The notes beneath the pieces were generated by a model, which saw only the letters and a program-made list of their open reading frames with translations, was not told the DNA's origin and made no database searches. From contig OZ242260.1 of NCBI GenBank assembly GCA_965207065.1, positions 992,001 to 1,056,000 of the forward strand: 64,000 nucleotides of DNA. The letters are read 5' to 3'. A program made the translations under genes and the position numbers. Of this stretch, positions 43,915-54,109 are shown piece after piece (the first letter of the stretch is position 1; each line of letters starts with the position of its first letter). Source of the DNA: a bacterium. Its GTDB lineage: Bacteria; UBA8248.

Positions 43915-44126
43915 TTTTTTCTATCTCCTCGGCTTCGAAGGACAAATCAGAGGATGGAAGATGCCCCAGCACGGCGAATGCGTCAAGACCCAGGGTAGTG
44001 TCTCGAGGACTTGTATGACAATACTGAAAGCACCCGTATTCCATTCAGCGAATGAGGATATATGTGATATGGTCGCGCTTTTCAAGTGCGCTTTATCCCT
44101 CAATCATCGAAAAGGAGCGATTTCAA

Positions 44127-45053
44127 ATGGCCTTGCCTGTCCACATCCGCATCGGAGGCTATTCCCCGCCCGATACCTCCCACAGCCGCGCGATGGTTCT
44201 CTTCAAAGAGAAGATGGGCCAGCGCCTGGGTGATGACGTCAGGATAGACATCTTCTGGAACGTGATGGATTTCGGCTACGGCGCGCCCGACCTGCTCGCC
44301 ATGGTGGAATGCGGAATGCTCGGCATTTGCTATTTCTCGACGAGCTATCTCGCCGACAGGGTGCCGGAACTAGAAATCGTCGACCTGCCCTTCACCTTCG
44401 AGGATTCCGCCCACGCCTACGGGGCGCTCGACGGCGCACTCGGCGCGCACTTGAGCGAGCGAATCGAGGCGCAGACAGGCTACAAGAGCCTGGGCTTCTG
44501 GGACAACGGCTTCCGCCACCTCTCGAACAGCCTCCGCGACGTGAGAACGCCCGATGACTGCCGTGGTCTGCGTGTGCGCCTGCAACCCAACGAGACGCAC
44601 GTCAAGACCTTCGAACTCCTGGGCGCCGAAGCCGTGCCGGTGGAGCTCAAGGAGGGGATCGCCATGATCGAATCAGGCCAAGTGAACGCGCAGGAAAACC
44701 CGCTCTCCAACACCGTCACCTACGGCGTCACGAACCACCAAAGGCGCATCACGATGAGCGGGCACTTCTACGGCGCGCGCGCCCTGCTCGCCCACCGGGA
44801 GGGCTTCGACGCCTGGCCTGCGGAGGTTCGAGATGCGGCGCTCGCCTGCATCCGAGAGGCCATTGATTACCAACGAGAGGCCGCACAGGCCGGAGAAATT
44901 GCGATTCGCCGGAGCCTCGAAGAAGAAGGCGTCTCATTCGTGGACCTGAGCGACGCCGAGCGCACGGCGTTCGGGGAGGCTACGGAACCCATCCGCGCCG
45001 AAGCGAGGGAGAGGCTCGGGAGCGCGCTGTTCGAACTGGCCGAGAGAAGATAA
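44127..45053 (+). CDS. TRAP DctP-family solute-binding protein without evident signal peptide
   Basis: DLPFTF, DNGFRH, GLRVR, AQENP; AAAGGAG RBS. Confidence 0.85.
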   Translation: MALPVHIRIGGYSPPDTSHSRAMVLFKEKMGQRLGDDVRIDIFWNVMDFGYGAPDLLAMVECGMLGICYFSTSYLADRVPELEIVDLPFTFEDSAHAYGALDGALGAHLSERIEAQTGYKSLGFWDNGFRHLSNSLRDVRTPDDCRGLRVRLQPNETHVKTFELLGAEAVPVELKEGIAMIESGQVNAQENPLSNTVTYGVTNHQRRITMSGHFYGARALLAHREGFDAWPAEVRDAALACIREAIDYQREAAQAGEIAIRRSLEEEGVSFVDLSDAERTAFGEATEPIRAEARERLGSALFELAERR

Positions 45054-45176
45054 GCGGAAACCATTTCGGCGGAATCTCACCCGGCTCTTCTCGTCACAGC
45101 GCACCTAATCCGGTTAAAATCCATGACCGAACAGGTTGAAACGAGAACGGATTATTCATAGAAGGCGCGGAAAACC

Positions 45177-46166
45177 TTGCGTATAGGCTACATCGCCGCA
45201 TGTCTGGTCGGCGTTATCATGCTCGGCACGGCAGGCTATACCCTGCTGGAGGGATGGTCGCTCGTCGAGTCTTTCTATATGACGATGATCACCGTCACGA
45301 CCGTCGGCTTCAACGAGGTGCGTGAGATGAGCACGACGGGGCGCATGTTCACCGTGGCGCTCATGATCCTGGGCGTGGGAACCCTTTTCTACGGAATCGC
45401 GATCATCGCCGAGGTGAGGTTCGAAGAGCGGATACGTCAGATTTTCGGGAGGCGAAAACTGGTGAAAGAACTCGACAGACTCGAAAACCATCACATCATC
45501 TGCGGGTACGGGCGCATCGGCTCCACCGTCGCGGCGGAATACGCCAGAGAGTCGCTGCCCCACGTCATCATCGAGAGCGACGAGTCCATCATCTCGCACC
45601 TCGATCAGGAGGGGCAGCTCGTGATCCTCGGCGACGCCACGCTCGACGAGACACTCGCCGAGGCGCACGTGGAGAAGGCGAAGAGCCTCGTCTGCGCTCT
45701 CGCGACGGACGCGGAAAACGTGTTCGTCACCTTGACGGCGCGGGCGCTGAACCCGGACCTCTTCATCCTGAGCCGCGCTGCGCTCGAGAGTTCCATCGGC
45801 AAGATGGAGGCGGCGGGCGCGGACCACGTGGTCTCCCCATACATCATGGGCGGCATGCGCATGGCGCAGTCCGTTCTGAGACCCAAGCTCGCCAGTTTTC
45901 TCGACGAGGTGACCGGACACGCGACGACGGACCTGGACTTCGACGAGGTGACCGTGCCCGAGGTTTCGAACCTCGTCGGCATGGCGCTCCGGGAATCGAA
46001 GATCAGCCAGGAGACCGGCGTGTACCTGCTCTCCATCCGCCACAACAGCGGGGAGATGCGCTTCAACCCGGGGCCTGATTTCGAGATCCAGGCGGGAGAC
46101 CACCTCTACGCCCTGGGCACGCCCGAGGAGGTGGAATCCCTGCGCAAGCGCGTTCACGTGAAGTAG
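45177..46166 (+). CDS. Two-TM potassium channel with RCK (TrkA-N/C) domains
   Basis: YMTMITVTTVGF pore, HHIICGYGRIG, GDAT, AGADHVVSP. Confidence 0.9.
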   Translation: MRIGYIAACLVGVIMLGTAGYTLLEGWSLVESFYMTMITVTTVGFNEVREMSTTGRMFTVALMILGVGTLFYGIAIIAEVRFEERIRQIFGRRKLVKELDRLENHHIICGYGRIGSTVAAEYARESLPHVIIESDESIISHLDQEGQLVILGDATLDETLAEAHVEKAKSLVCALATDAENVFVTLTARALNPDLFILSRAALESSIGKMEAAGADHVVSPYIMGGMRMAQSVLRPKLASFLDEVTGHATTDLDFDEVTVPEVSNLVGMALRESKISQETGVYLLSIRHNSGEMRFNPGPDFEIQAGDHLYALGTPEEVESLRKRVHVK

Positions 46167-46178
46167 CGATTCACCCCG

Positions 46179-46913
46179 TTATCCGAGCGCGTCCAGCTTC
46201 AAGCCCTCCGCCAGGCGCAGGAGTTCTCCCGCAGCCCCGGAACCGGGAGCCGCGCGCACCATAATCTCATCCACCCCCGCCAGGTAGGGAATCACGCCCA
46301 GAAGAGGAGCATCCGCTCCGCAAAGCTCGGCGACCGCCGCCGGGTTGCGCTCCGCCGCAGGCGTGGCCTCCCCCGTCGTGTCGGAGAGGATGACGCCCAG
46401 AACCCGGAGACCCTGCCTCCTCGCCTCCCGCACGCTCAAGAGCGTGTGATTGATGGTCCCGAGTCCCAGCGGGGCGACGAGCACGAGGGGCAGACTAGCG
46501 GCCAGGGCCAGATCGCTCATCAAGACGCCATCAGTCAAAGGGGCGAGGAGGCCGCCCGCGCCCTCCACGAGCAGGGGGTTTCCTTCTTCTTTGAGCGCTT
46601 CCACCTGCGCGACGATGCGCTCCAAATCCGGCGCCGCGCCTTCGCGCTCGGCCGCGTGAGCGGGAGTCAGGGGAACTTCGTATCTGTAGGGGCAAATCTC
46701 ATCCAGGGGCCTCGGGTCGCCCGCCGCCGTCTTGAGAGCGAGAGCATCCCGGGGAACGAGGCGGCCATCAACAAGAGCGCAGGCCGATTCGGCGGGTTTC
46801 ATCACCCGGGGGCTATTACCCTCAGCCGCCCAGCGGGCCGCGACCACGCAGCCCGCCACCGTCTTTCCCACGCCGGTTCCCGTTCCGGTCAAAAAAATGG
46901 CAATATCGGACAT
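46179..46913 (-). CDS. bioD: Dethiobiotin synthase
   Basis: TGTGTGVGKT, KPAES, VEGAGG, LGTINHTLL. Confidence 0.93.
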   Translation of the reverse strand: MSDIAIFLTGTGTGVGKTVAGCVVAARWAAEGNSPRVMKPAESACALVDGRLVPRDALALKTAAGDPRPLDEICPYRYEVPLTPAHAAEREGAAPDLERIVAQVEALKEEGNPLLVEGAGGLLAPLTDGVLMSDLALAASLPLVLVAPLGLGTINHTLLSVREARRQGLRVLGVILSDTTGEATPAAERNPAAVAELCGADAPLLGVIPYLAGVDEIMVRAAPGSGAAGELLRLAEGLKLDALG

Positions 46914-46940
46914 CGGACGAACCTCAAGAGGAACCTGTAA

Positions 46941-47189
46941 ATGACGCACGTCAAGACCATCGACCTCACGGGCGAACTCTGCCCCATGAACTGGGTGCGG
47001 ACCAAGCTCGCGCTCGAGGCGATAGCGCCGGGCGATACGCTCGAAGTATGGCTCGACGCGGACGAGGCCGCCACCAGCGTCCCCAATAGCGCCGCCGCCG
47101 AAGGCCACGTCATCGAGAGCGCGACGCCGGATGAAGAGGGCCGCGTGCGCGTTGTTATCAGGAAGGCTTCGGTTCAGCATCCCGAATAA
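46941..47189 (+). CDS. TusA/SirA-family sulfurtransferase
   Basis: IDLTGELCPMNWVRTK motif. Confidence 0.88.
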   Translation: MTHVKTIDLTGELCPMNWVRTKLALEAIAPGDTLEVWLDADEAATSVPNSAAAEGHVIESATPDEEGRVRVVIRKASVQHPE

Positions 47190-47241
47190 TCGGTTTTATC
47201 ATGCCGCTTGAATCTTCGCCGCCAAGGAAAAGATTCGCCAG

Positions 47242-47264
47242 ATTGTTGACTTAAAGACAACAAT
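47242..47264. promoter_or_regulatory. Putative TA operator overlapping a -35 box
   Basis: ATTGTTG-N9-CAACAAT inverted repeat containing TTGACT. Confidence 0.5.
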
Positions 47265-47295
47265 AGATGATATTCTACAATAAGGAGACTGTTGC

Positions 47296-47604
47296 TTGGC
47301 TCGGGACAGGCTTTCTCCAAAGCAGGCAAAAGAAAAGGCTGCCCTATTCTGGTCGCGCGGTTGGGCAATCATCACGCCGCATTGTCAGCGGAGAATGAAT
47401 GAGCGGAACGTCTCTTTTACCGATATCACTTACTTGTTGAATTACGGCAAAATCGTTGACGGCAAAACGGAATATGACGCTGAGAATATGGCGTGGGAGT
47501 ATTTCATAATGGGCGCAGATACCGATGGCGTAGCGCTGGCGGCAATATTCTCTCTCGATCTGGAAGATGGCGAAATCATCCTGATCACGGTGCGAGACAT
47601 ATAA
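47296..47604 (+). CDS. DUF4258-type putative toxin
   Basis: TPHCQRRMNERNV...DI and C-terminal LITV pattern. Confidence 0.72.
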   Translation: MARDRLSPKQAKEKAALFWSRGWAIITPHCQRRMNERNVSFTDITYLLNYGKIVDGKTEYDAENMAWEYFIMGADTDGVALAAIFSLDLEDGEIILITVRDI

Positions 47605-47624
47605 GCGCTGGAAGGAAGCGAATC

Positions 47625-48113
47625 ATGAAATGCCGGGAATGCGGGCAAGACTATGTGGAAACAACGGGAGACTACCACTTCAAGGCATCGGGGCTCGATA
47701 ACGCATACATCGAGAATGCGCATCTCATCAAATGCGGATGCGGCGTCGGGCTGAAAATCAAGGCTATGGGTTCCGTGCTGGATGAACTCGGCAACGCCGT
47801 GATCAACAAACCGGGTCCCTTGAACGGGCCGGAAATTCGTTACCTGAGAAAAAACTTATCCTTCAGCGCCCGGGAATTCGCCGGAATGCTGGAGGTAGAC
47901 CACACCACGCTCTCCAAATGGGAAAACGGAAGAGCGCCCGGGCGACCGAACGATCTGTTGATCCGCCTCGTCTACGCGGCATGGAAAGGGTACGAACACC
48001 CGAAACGGATATTCGATATTTTCGAAAAGGTGCGCAAGCAGAGAAAGCGGAATATCGGCATCAAACTCATTCCCGCCGCCAGGGAGGGTTTCGTGGTCGA
48101 ATACGCCGTGTAG
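47625..48113 (+). CDS. MqsA/YgiT-type zinc finger plus HTH antitoxin
   Basis: CRECG...CGCG, EIRYLRK, TLSKWENG. Confidence 0.82.
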   Translation: MKCRECGQDYVETTGDYHFKASGLDNAYIENAHLIKCGCGVGLKIKAMGSVLDELGNAVINKPGPLNGPEIRYLRKNLSFSAREFAGMLEVDHTTLSKWENGRAPGRPNDLLIRLVYAAWKGYEHPKRIFDIFEKVRKQRKRNIGIKLIPAAREGFVVEYAV

Positions 48114-48273
48114 GCCATCGCGCCGATCGCGCAAAATCACTCACCGAAAAATCAAGCCGCTTCATCCTACACACTAACGCCAAATAGCGTGTCAAATAAC
48201 GCGCCAGATAACATGAGAACCCGACCGGAAATTCATGCGTTGCATGTTTATTTCGATTCGGGTAGCGCCCCCA

Positions 48274-48753
48274 TCAAGGCAGGGGCTCGTCGTTGAGCCA
48301 GCGGGCGAGGGCTTTTTGGGGGTCTGCGATCTCATCGAGGGAGGTGTAGAAGTAGGCCTCCCAGCCGACCTCGGGCAGGCCGGTGAAGATCATGAGGTTC
48401 AGCGGATAGGCTTCGCAATCCGTCGAGCGCCTGAAGTCGTCGCGGAACAAGAAGACGGGCTTTCCCCAGGCGACCGCCATGCCGAGTTCCACCATCACGC
48501 CCTCATCGGGCGGACAGCCGTTGACCACGCCGAAAAAGCCCGCCGCATCGCGCACGTCGCGCATGTCGTTCTGACCGACGCGGTACGCCCAGCCGGGTTG
48601 CGCAAGCATCTCGGGCTGGTTGTTCCGCGTGAACGGCTCCCACACTTCGGCGCCCAGCGCCTCTAACGCCGCCACGAGTTCCTTCAAGGGCCCCTCACGC
48701 TGCTGCAGGGAAAAACCGTAAGGGCTTGCCAGATACAGGGTCTTTTCGGTCAT
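48274..48753 (-). CDS. Nucleoside 2-deoxyribosyltransferase family protein
   Basis: LYLASP, DEGVMVELGMA, NLMI. Confidence 0.85.
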   Translation of the reverse strand: MTEKTLYLASPYGFSLQQREGPLKELVAALEALGAEVWEPFTRNNQPEMLAQPGWAYRVGQNDMRDVRDAAGFFGVVNGCPPDEGVMVELGMAVAWGKPVFLFRDDFRRSTDCEAYPLNLMIFTGLPEVGWEAYFYTSLDEIADPQKALARWLNDEPLP

Positions 48754-48899
48754 TTTTACTCCCTCGCCTCCCTCGTTTCACCTCGCGCCGTCGATAAGGG
48801 AGCGCGCGGCATAGTCCCACACGATGAGAAGAGTCGTCCAGCGCAAGCCCGGCTTCACACGAACAGCCGAAACCGCCCTTATCAGCCTCCCGCGCGGCT

Positions 48900-50054
48900 T
48901 TACTTCACGTTCTCGCCGAAGACGGCGAAGGCCAGCCCCGCGCACAGGGCCAGGCCTGCACCGACGTGGAGCAGCGTCACGAACCCCCAGATCGGAAGCA
49001 GCCAGCCCGCCAGCAGCGCGCCGAGCGTGGAGCCGACCCCCCAGGTGGCGGCGCTGTAGAGGGATTGGGCGGTGTTCTTGGTCGCAGCGCTGCTCAGGCG
49101 GTCGACGTACTGAATCGCGCCTGCGTGAAAGACGCCGAAAGCGACGCCGTGCAAGAGCTGGATGAGGATGAGCAAAACCGCATCCGTCGTGAGGGCGACG
49201 AACTCCCACCTCAGACCTGCGGCCATCATGCCGGCGACTATCATCCACTTGAGGCCGAACCTCGTCTGTATGGCCTGCGCGTAGATGAGAAAAACTATCT
49301 CGCTCACCACGCCCACCGTCCACGCCAGGGCGATCAGGTCCGCCGACATACCCAACTCTTTCAGCCTGATGCTGAAGTAAATCCCGAAAGGCCCTGCGGA
49401 TATCGAGGCGAACATCGTCGTGAACAGGAAGACGGCGAGCGGGCGGCTGCGGAGCAACAGGCTCAGGTCGGCCCGGAAGCGCGGGCGGGCGCGGCCCGTC
49501 TCTCTCGGCAGAAAAAAAATCACGAAAACAAGCAGGGCGCCCACGCACGCCACGAACGGAAAGATGGAGGCGACCCCGGTGGTCTCGACCAGACGGCCCG
49601 CGCCCATCGCCGCGACGATGAAGCCCAGCGACCCCCACAGGCGCACACGGCCGTATTGCGCGCCCGTGGCTTCTATCTCGCGCAGGCAGAGATTCTCGGC
49701 TATCGGCACGAGGGGCGCTCTCAAGGCGGAGAAGAGCGCGATCAATATGAGCAGGGCGAGAAATCCACTCGCCCCCCACAAGAGGAGCGCCAAGCAAGAA
49801 CTCGCAACAGCGCACGTGAAGGCCACGCTGCGCCCCAGGCGGAATTTATCGGCAAGCGCTCCGAACAGAGGGGGCGCCAGCGCGCTCGAGAGGCGCGGCG
49901 CCGCGTTCAGCAGGCCGAGCTGGAACCCGCTCACGCCCACGGAGTGATAAAAGATGTTCAGGAACGGGAGCATGGCACCCACGGCGAAGAAATGCAGGAA
50001 ATAGAACGCGGGCATCCGCCAGAAAGGGATTGCGCCTGTGGTTTGCGCGCTCAT
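48900..50054 (-). CDS. MFS transporter (HcaT/nucleoside-permease-like)
   Basis: 12 TM segments, YGRVRLWGSLGF, QLLHG. Confidence 0.88.
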   Translation of the reverse strand: MSAQTTGAIPFWRMPAFYFLHFFAVGAMLPFLNIFYHSVGVSGFQLGLLNAAPRLSSALAPPLFGALADKFRLGRSVAFTCAVASSCLALLLWGASGFLALLILIALFSALRAPLVPIAENLCLREIEATGAQYGRVRLWGSLGFIVAAMGAGRLVETTGVASIFPFVACVGALLVFVIFFLPRETGRARPRFRADLSLLLRSRPLAVFLFTTMFASISAGPFGIYFSIRLKELGMSADLIALAWTVGVVSEIVFLIYAQAIQTRFGLKWMIVAGMMAAGLRWEFVALTTDAVLLILIQLLHGVAFGVFHAGAIQYVDRLSSAATKNTAQSLYSAATWGVGSTLGALLAGWLLPIWGFVTLLHVGAGLALCAGLAFAVFGENVK

Positions 50055-50357
50055 GGACAAGCACGCGGGAAACGGAGCATCCGGGACCTCTTCACCCGGG
50101 CGGGGAGGCACCATTCGACCACGATGTGGAAATGATTGCCACCCGAGCGGCGGTTTCTTCTTCAGCATGGTTTTGTTATTCTCCACGCGCGATGGGTTGA
50201 CTTGTTTCAAATCAGACGATCGAACGGCGGGCGGTCCGGAAACTGGCGTCCGCGCCGGCGAATCCAGCAGAGACGAAAAGCGGGAAACCCCTATCTAGAG
50301 GGGGGAATTTCCTTTGAACTTTTTTACCTCATCGGCAATTCTTGCAGGAGCGAAATC

Positions 50358-51383
50358 ATGAGCACGAACAACCTGGCGAAAATCGCCAATCAGATGGTGG
50401 CGCCTGGCAAAGGCATCCTCGCGGCGGACGAGAGCACGGGCACGATTCAAAAGCGCCTCGACAGCATCGGCGTCGAATCCACCGAGGAGAACCGGCGCGC
50501 CTATCGCGAGCTTCTATTCACGACGGAGGGAATCGAGGAATACGTCAGCGGCGTCATTCTCTTCGACGAGACGCTTCGCCAGAGCGCTGCGGACGGAACG
50601 AACTTCGGCGCGCTGCTGACATCGCGCGGCATCCTCCCCGGCATCAAGGTCGACAAGGGCGCGAAGGACCTGGCTTTCGCCCCGGACGAGAAGGTCACCG
50701 AAGGTCTTGACGGCCTGCGCGAGCGTCTGGCGGAATACGTCACACTCGGCGCCAAGTTCACCAAGTGGCGCGCGGTCATCACCATCGGCGAGGGAATCCC
50801 CTCGGCCTACTGCATCGACGCCAACGCGCACGGACTCGCGCGCTATGCGGCGCTCTCCCAGGAGGCGGGCCTCGTGCCCATCGTGGAGCCCGAGGTGCTC
50901 ATGGACGCGGACAACACCATCGAGGTCTGCGAGGAGGTGACGAACGAGGCGCTCGAGAGCGTCTTCCACGCCCTGCACTTACACCGCGTTTCGCTCGAGG
51001 GCATGATCCTGAAACCCAACATGGTGATATCGGGCAAGAAATGCCCGACCCAGGCGGGCGTGGGGGAAGTGGCCGAGGCCACGGTACGCTCCCTCACGAG
51101 AAACGTGCCCGCCGCCGTGCCCGGCATCTGCTTCCTCTCGGGCGGGCAGAGCGACGCAGTCGCCACCGCGCACCTGAACGCGATGAATGCGATGGGCCCC
51201 CACCCCTGGGAGCTCAGCTTCTCCTACGGCCGCGCGCTGCAGGCGCCGGCGCTCAAGGGCTGGGGCGGAGAAGCGGCGAACGTGCCCCTCGCCCAGAGAC
51301 TCTTCCTCCACCGCTGTAAGTGCAACGGCGCCGCGCGAACGGGAGCGTATGAGGACGCGATGGAACAGGAAGTCGCCGCGTAG
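50358..51383 (+). CDS. Class I fructose-bisphosphate aldolase
   Basis: [44 protein letters not shown]. Confidence 0.96.
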   Translation: MSTNNLAKIANQMVAPGKGILAADESTGTIQKRLDSIGVESTEENRRAYRELLFTTEGIEEYVSGVILFDETLRQSAADGTNFGALLTSRGILPGIKVDKGAKDLAFAPDEKVTEGLDGLRERLAEYVTLGAKFTKWRAVITIGEGIPSAYCIDANAHGLARYAALSQEAGLVPIVEPEVLMDADNTIEVCEEVTNEALESVFHALHLHRVSLEGMILKPNMVISGKKCPTQAGVGEVAEATVRSLTRNVPAAVPGICFLSGGQSDAVATAHLNAMNAMGPHPWELSFSYGRALQAPALKGWGGEAANVPLAQRLFLHRCKCNGAARTGAYEDAMEQEVAA

Positions 51384-51421
51384 CCGAACAAGCAACCGCC
51401 CACCAAGGAGCAAGAGAGAGG

Positions 51422-52462
51422 ATGCAGCAGGAAGCCGCCACCGTCGGCACCACGAAATTCAGGGGAATGACGCTCGAGCGCCACATCCGCGAGGAGGAGA
51501 GAAACCACCCGGGCGCGCGCGGGCTGTTCACCCGCCTCGTCACGCAGATCACCCTGGCCGCCAAGATCATCAACGCCGAGGTGAACAAGGCGGGCCTCGT
51601 GGATATTCTCGGGTTGACCGGCGAGGTCAACGTGCAGGGCGAGGAAGTCCAGAAACTCGACGAATACGCCAACGACGTGCTGCGAAAGGCCCTCGACCAC
51701 ACCGGCTCGGTGGCCGCCCTGGCGAGCGAGGAGATGGAGGAGGTCTATGCCGTCCCCGGCGAATATATCGAGGGGGGCGAATACGTCGTGCTCTACGACC
51801 CGCTGGACGGCTCCTCGAACATCGACGTGAACGTGAGCATCGGCTCGATTTTCTCGATCCTGCGCCGCAAGGCAGAGAGCGGCCCCACAGAGGTCGACGA
51901 CTTCCTCCAGCCGGGCCTCGCCCAGGTTTGCGCCGGCTACGTGATCTACGGCTCGTCCACCATGCTGGTCTACACCACGGGCAACGGCGTCGACGGCTTC
52001 ACGCTCGACCCGTCCGTGGGCGAGTTCTTCCTCTCCCATCCCGACATCCGGATTCCCGAGCGGGGGAAGATATACAGCATCAACGAGGGCAATTCCTCGA
52101 AGTGGGACGAGCCCACCGCCCGCTACGTCGAATACCTGAAAGAGGAAGACGCCGAAACGGGCCGTCCCTATTCGGGGCGCTACATCGGCTCGCTGGTGGC
52201 CGATTTCCACAGAAACCTCCTGAAGGGCGGCATCTTCCTTTATCCCGGCGACAAGAAAAACCCCAGCGGCAAGCTGCGCCTTCTCTACGAGTGCAACCCC
52301 ATGTCCTTCATCGCGGAGCAAGCCGGGGGCGCAGCGAGCGACGGCAGCCGCAGGGTGATGGAGATCCAGCCCGAAAAACTGCACCAGCGCATTCCCTTCA
52401 TCGTCGGCAGCAAGCTCGACATCGCCGACGCCAACCGCTTCATGTCTGGAGGAGGAAACTAA
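51422..52462 (+). CDS. fbp: Class 1 fructose-1,6-bisphosphatase
   Basis: [35 protein letters not shown]. Confidence 0.97.
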   Translation: MQQEAATVGTTKFRGMTLERHIREEERNHPGARGLFTRLVTQITLAAKIINAEVNKAGLVDILGLTGEVNVQGEEVQKLDEYANDVLRKALDHTGSVAALASEEMEEVYAVPGEYIEGGEYVVLYDPLDGSSNIDVNVSIGSIFSILRRKAESGPTEVDDFLQPGLAQVCAGYVIYGSSTMLVYTTGNGVDGFTLDPSVGEFFLSHPDIRIPERGKIYSINEGNSSKWDEPTARYVEYLKEEDAETGRPYSGRYIGSLVADFHRNLLKGGIFLYPGDKKNPSGKLRLLYECNPMSFIAEQAGGAASDGSRRVMEIQPEKLHQRIPFIVGSKLDIADANRFMSGGGN

Positions 52463-53362
52463 ATGCAGACGCATCGCCTCGCTATTTTATTCCTCGCCGC
52501 CGCCCTGCTCACCGGATGCGTGGGCATCGAAGACTATGAGCGAAAAACGGATGAAGCCACGGGCCTCCGGGGCGAAATCGCAAAATTCGAGAGCCGGATC
52601 AGGGAACTTCGCGGCCAGATCGAGGAACTCGAAGGACAAATCAAACAAAAAGACCTGGACAACCAGGAACTGAGCCAGTCCCTCACCATGGCCCGGCGAC
52701 ACAGCCAGCAGACCGAGACGCGCGTGGCCGACCTGCGCGCGCGGACGACCGATCGGCAGAAGAAGCTGACCGAGGCCGCCAGGCGGGTTCAGCGCCTGCA
52801 GCGCGCCCATGAGAACTCGCGCGCGCGGGTTCAAGAACTTCAAAAAAACCTCGTCGCCGCGCAAAAGAAACTCCTGCGTTTCGAAGACCGGATTCGCTTC
52901 CAGATCCAGGTCGAAAAGGATGTGAAGGCGCAGTTCTCGAAAGAACGCCGCCGCGGAATCGTGGAGGTGCGCCGCGACGGCGACCGGGTAGTGACAAGCA
53001 TCGCGAGCGCCATTCTCTTCAAGTCGGGAAGCGCCAAGATCCGCTCCGAGAGCAAAGCGCTGCTCGTCAAATTCTCAAGACTTCTGCGCCGCTACGCGAA
53101 CCGCGAGGTGCAGGTGCAGGGCCATACCGACAACGTGCAGATATCCGATCGTCTGGCGGAGCGCTGGGAGACGAACTGGGAGCTTTCCGCCGCGCGCGCC
53201 ACGCGGGTGCTGCGCTACTTCGTCGAGGTGGGAAACCTCGACCCGCGCAGGGTCTCGGGAGCGGGGATGGGCGAGTTCCGCCCGATTGCCGACAACGATA
53301 CGCGCGAGGGACGACGGACGAACCGGCGGATCGAAATCGTCATCTTCCCCCCCGACTCCTAA
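52463..53362 (+). CDS. Coiled-coil lipoprotein with OmpA/MotB-type peptidoglycan-binding domain
   Basis: Lipobox LTGC, GHTDN, NWELSAARA, NRRIEI. Confidence 0.88.
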   Translation: MQTHRLAILFLAAALLTGCVGIEDYERKTDEATGLRGEIAKFESRIRELRGQIEELEGQIKQKDLDNQELSQSLTMARRHSQQTETRVADLRARTTDRQKKLTEAARRVQRLQRAHENSRARVQELQKNLVAAQKKLLRFEDRIRFQIQVEKDVKAQFSKERRRGIVEVRRDGDRVVTSIASAILFKSGSAKIRSESKALLVKFSRLLRRYANREVQVQGHTDNVQISDRLAERWETNWELSAARATRVLRYFVEVGNLDPRRVSGAGMGEFRPIADNDTREGRRTNRRIEIVIFPPDS

Positions 53363-53405
53363 GAAACGGACGCTCTCGCGCCGCTTCACTAGAAAGGACT
53401 TTTAT

Positions 53406-54068
53406 TTGATCCTCGAGCGGATACCCGTCGGCCCATTCCAGATGAACAGCTACGTCGTGGGCTGCGAGGAGACGAAAGAGGGCGCCTACGTCGACCCGGG
53501 CGCGGAGGTGGAGCGCGTCATCGCGCTTGCGCGCGAGCGCGGCCTCACCCTCACCAAAATTATCGGCACCCACGCGCACCTGGATCACGCAGAGGGCGTA
53601 GCCGAGGCGAAGGAAAAACTGAAGGTTCCCTACTGGCTCCACGAGGCGGAACTCTTCAACCTGCAAAACATACCGAACGCGGCGCGCGGCTACGGTTTCC
53701 CGGAACCGCCCGTCCCCGAGGTGGACGCGCACCTCGTGCCGGGCGAGACGATTTCGGTGGGAAACCTGGAATTCGAGATCAGGCTCACCGACGGGCACGC
53801 GCCGGGCAACGTCACCCTCTACCGGCCGGGGAACGGCAACGAGGCGGGACACGCCATCGTGGGCGACGCGCTATTCGCAGGGTCGATCGGCCGAACCGAC
53901 CTCTACATGGGCGACGCGAACGTGCTGCTGAACTCCATCCGGGCGCAACTGCTCACATTGCCGGACGACACGGTCGTGCATCCGGGCCACGGGCCGGAGA
54001 CCACCATCGGCCACGAGAAATCCACCAACCCTTTCTGCCAGCCCGGAGCCGAACAATTTCTGGCGTAA
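53406..54068 (+). CDS. MBL-fold metallohydrolase (glyoxalase II/YcbL-like)
   Basis: THAHLDH, GHAPG, GDALF.GSIGRTD, PGHG. Confidence 0.92.
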   Translation: MILERIPVGPFQMNSYVVGCEETKEGAYVDPGAEVERVIALARERGLTLTKIIGTHAHLDHAEGVAEAKEKLKVPYWLHEAELFNLQNIPNAARGYGFPEPPVPEVDAHLVPGETISVGNLEFEIRLTDGHAPGNVTLYRPGNGNEAGHAIVGDALFAGSIGRTDLYMGDANVLLNSIRAQLLTLPDDTVVHPGHGPETTIGHEKSTNPFCQPGAEQFLA

Positions 54069-54109
54069 GCCCGGACACCCCCCAGGCGCACCCCCATCTG
54101 GGAGGCGGA

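Noticed and set aside
51187-52539. 450-aa plus ORF and 416-aa minus ORF over fbp
   Set aside because: Alternate-frame artefacts of high-GC coding DNA
52463-53362. Flagellar motB
   Set aside because: Has a lipobox and coiled coil rather than the MotB TM helix with its conserved Asp; no motA nearby
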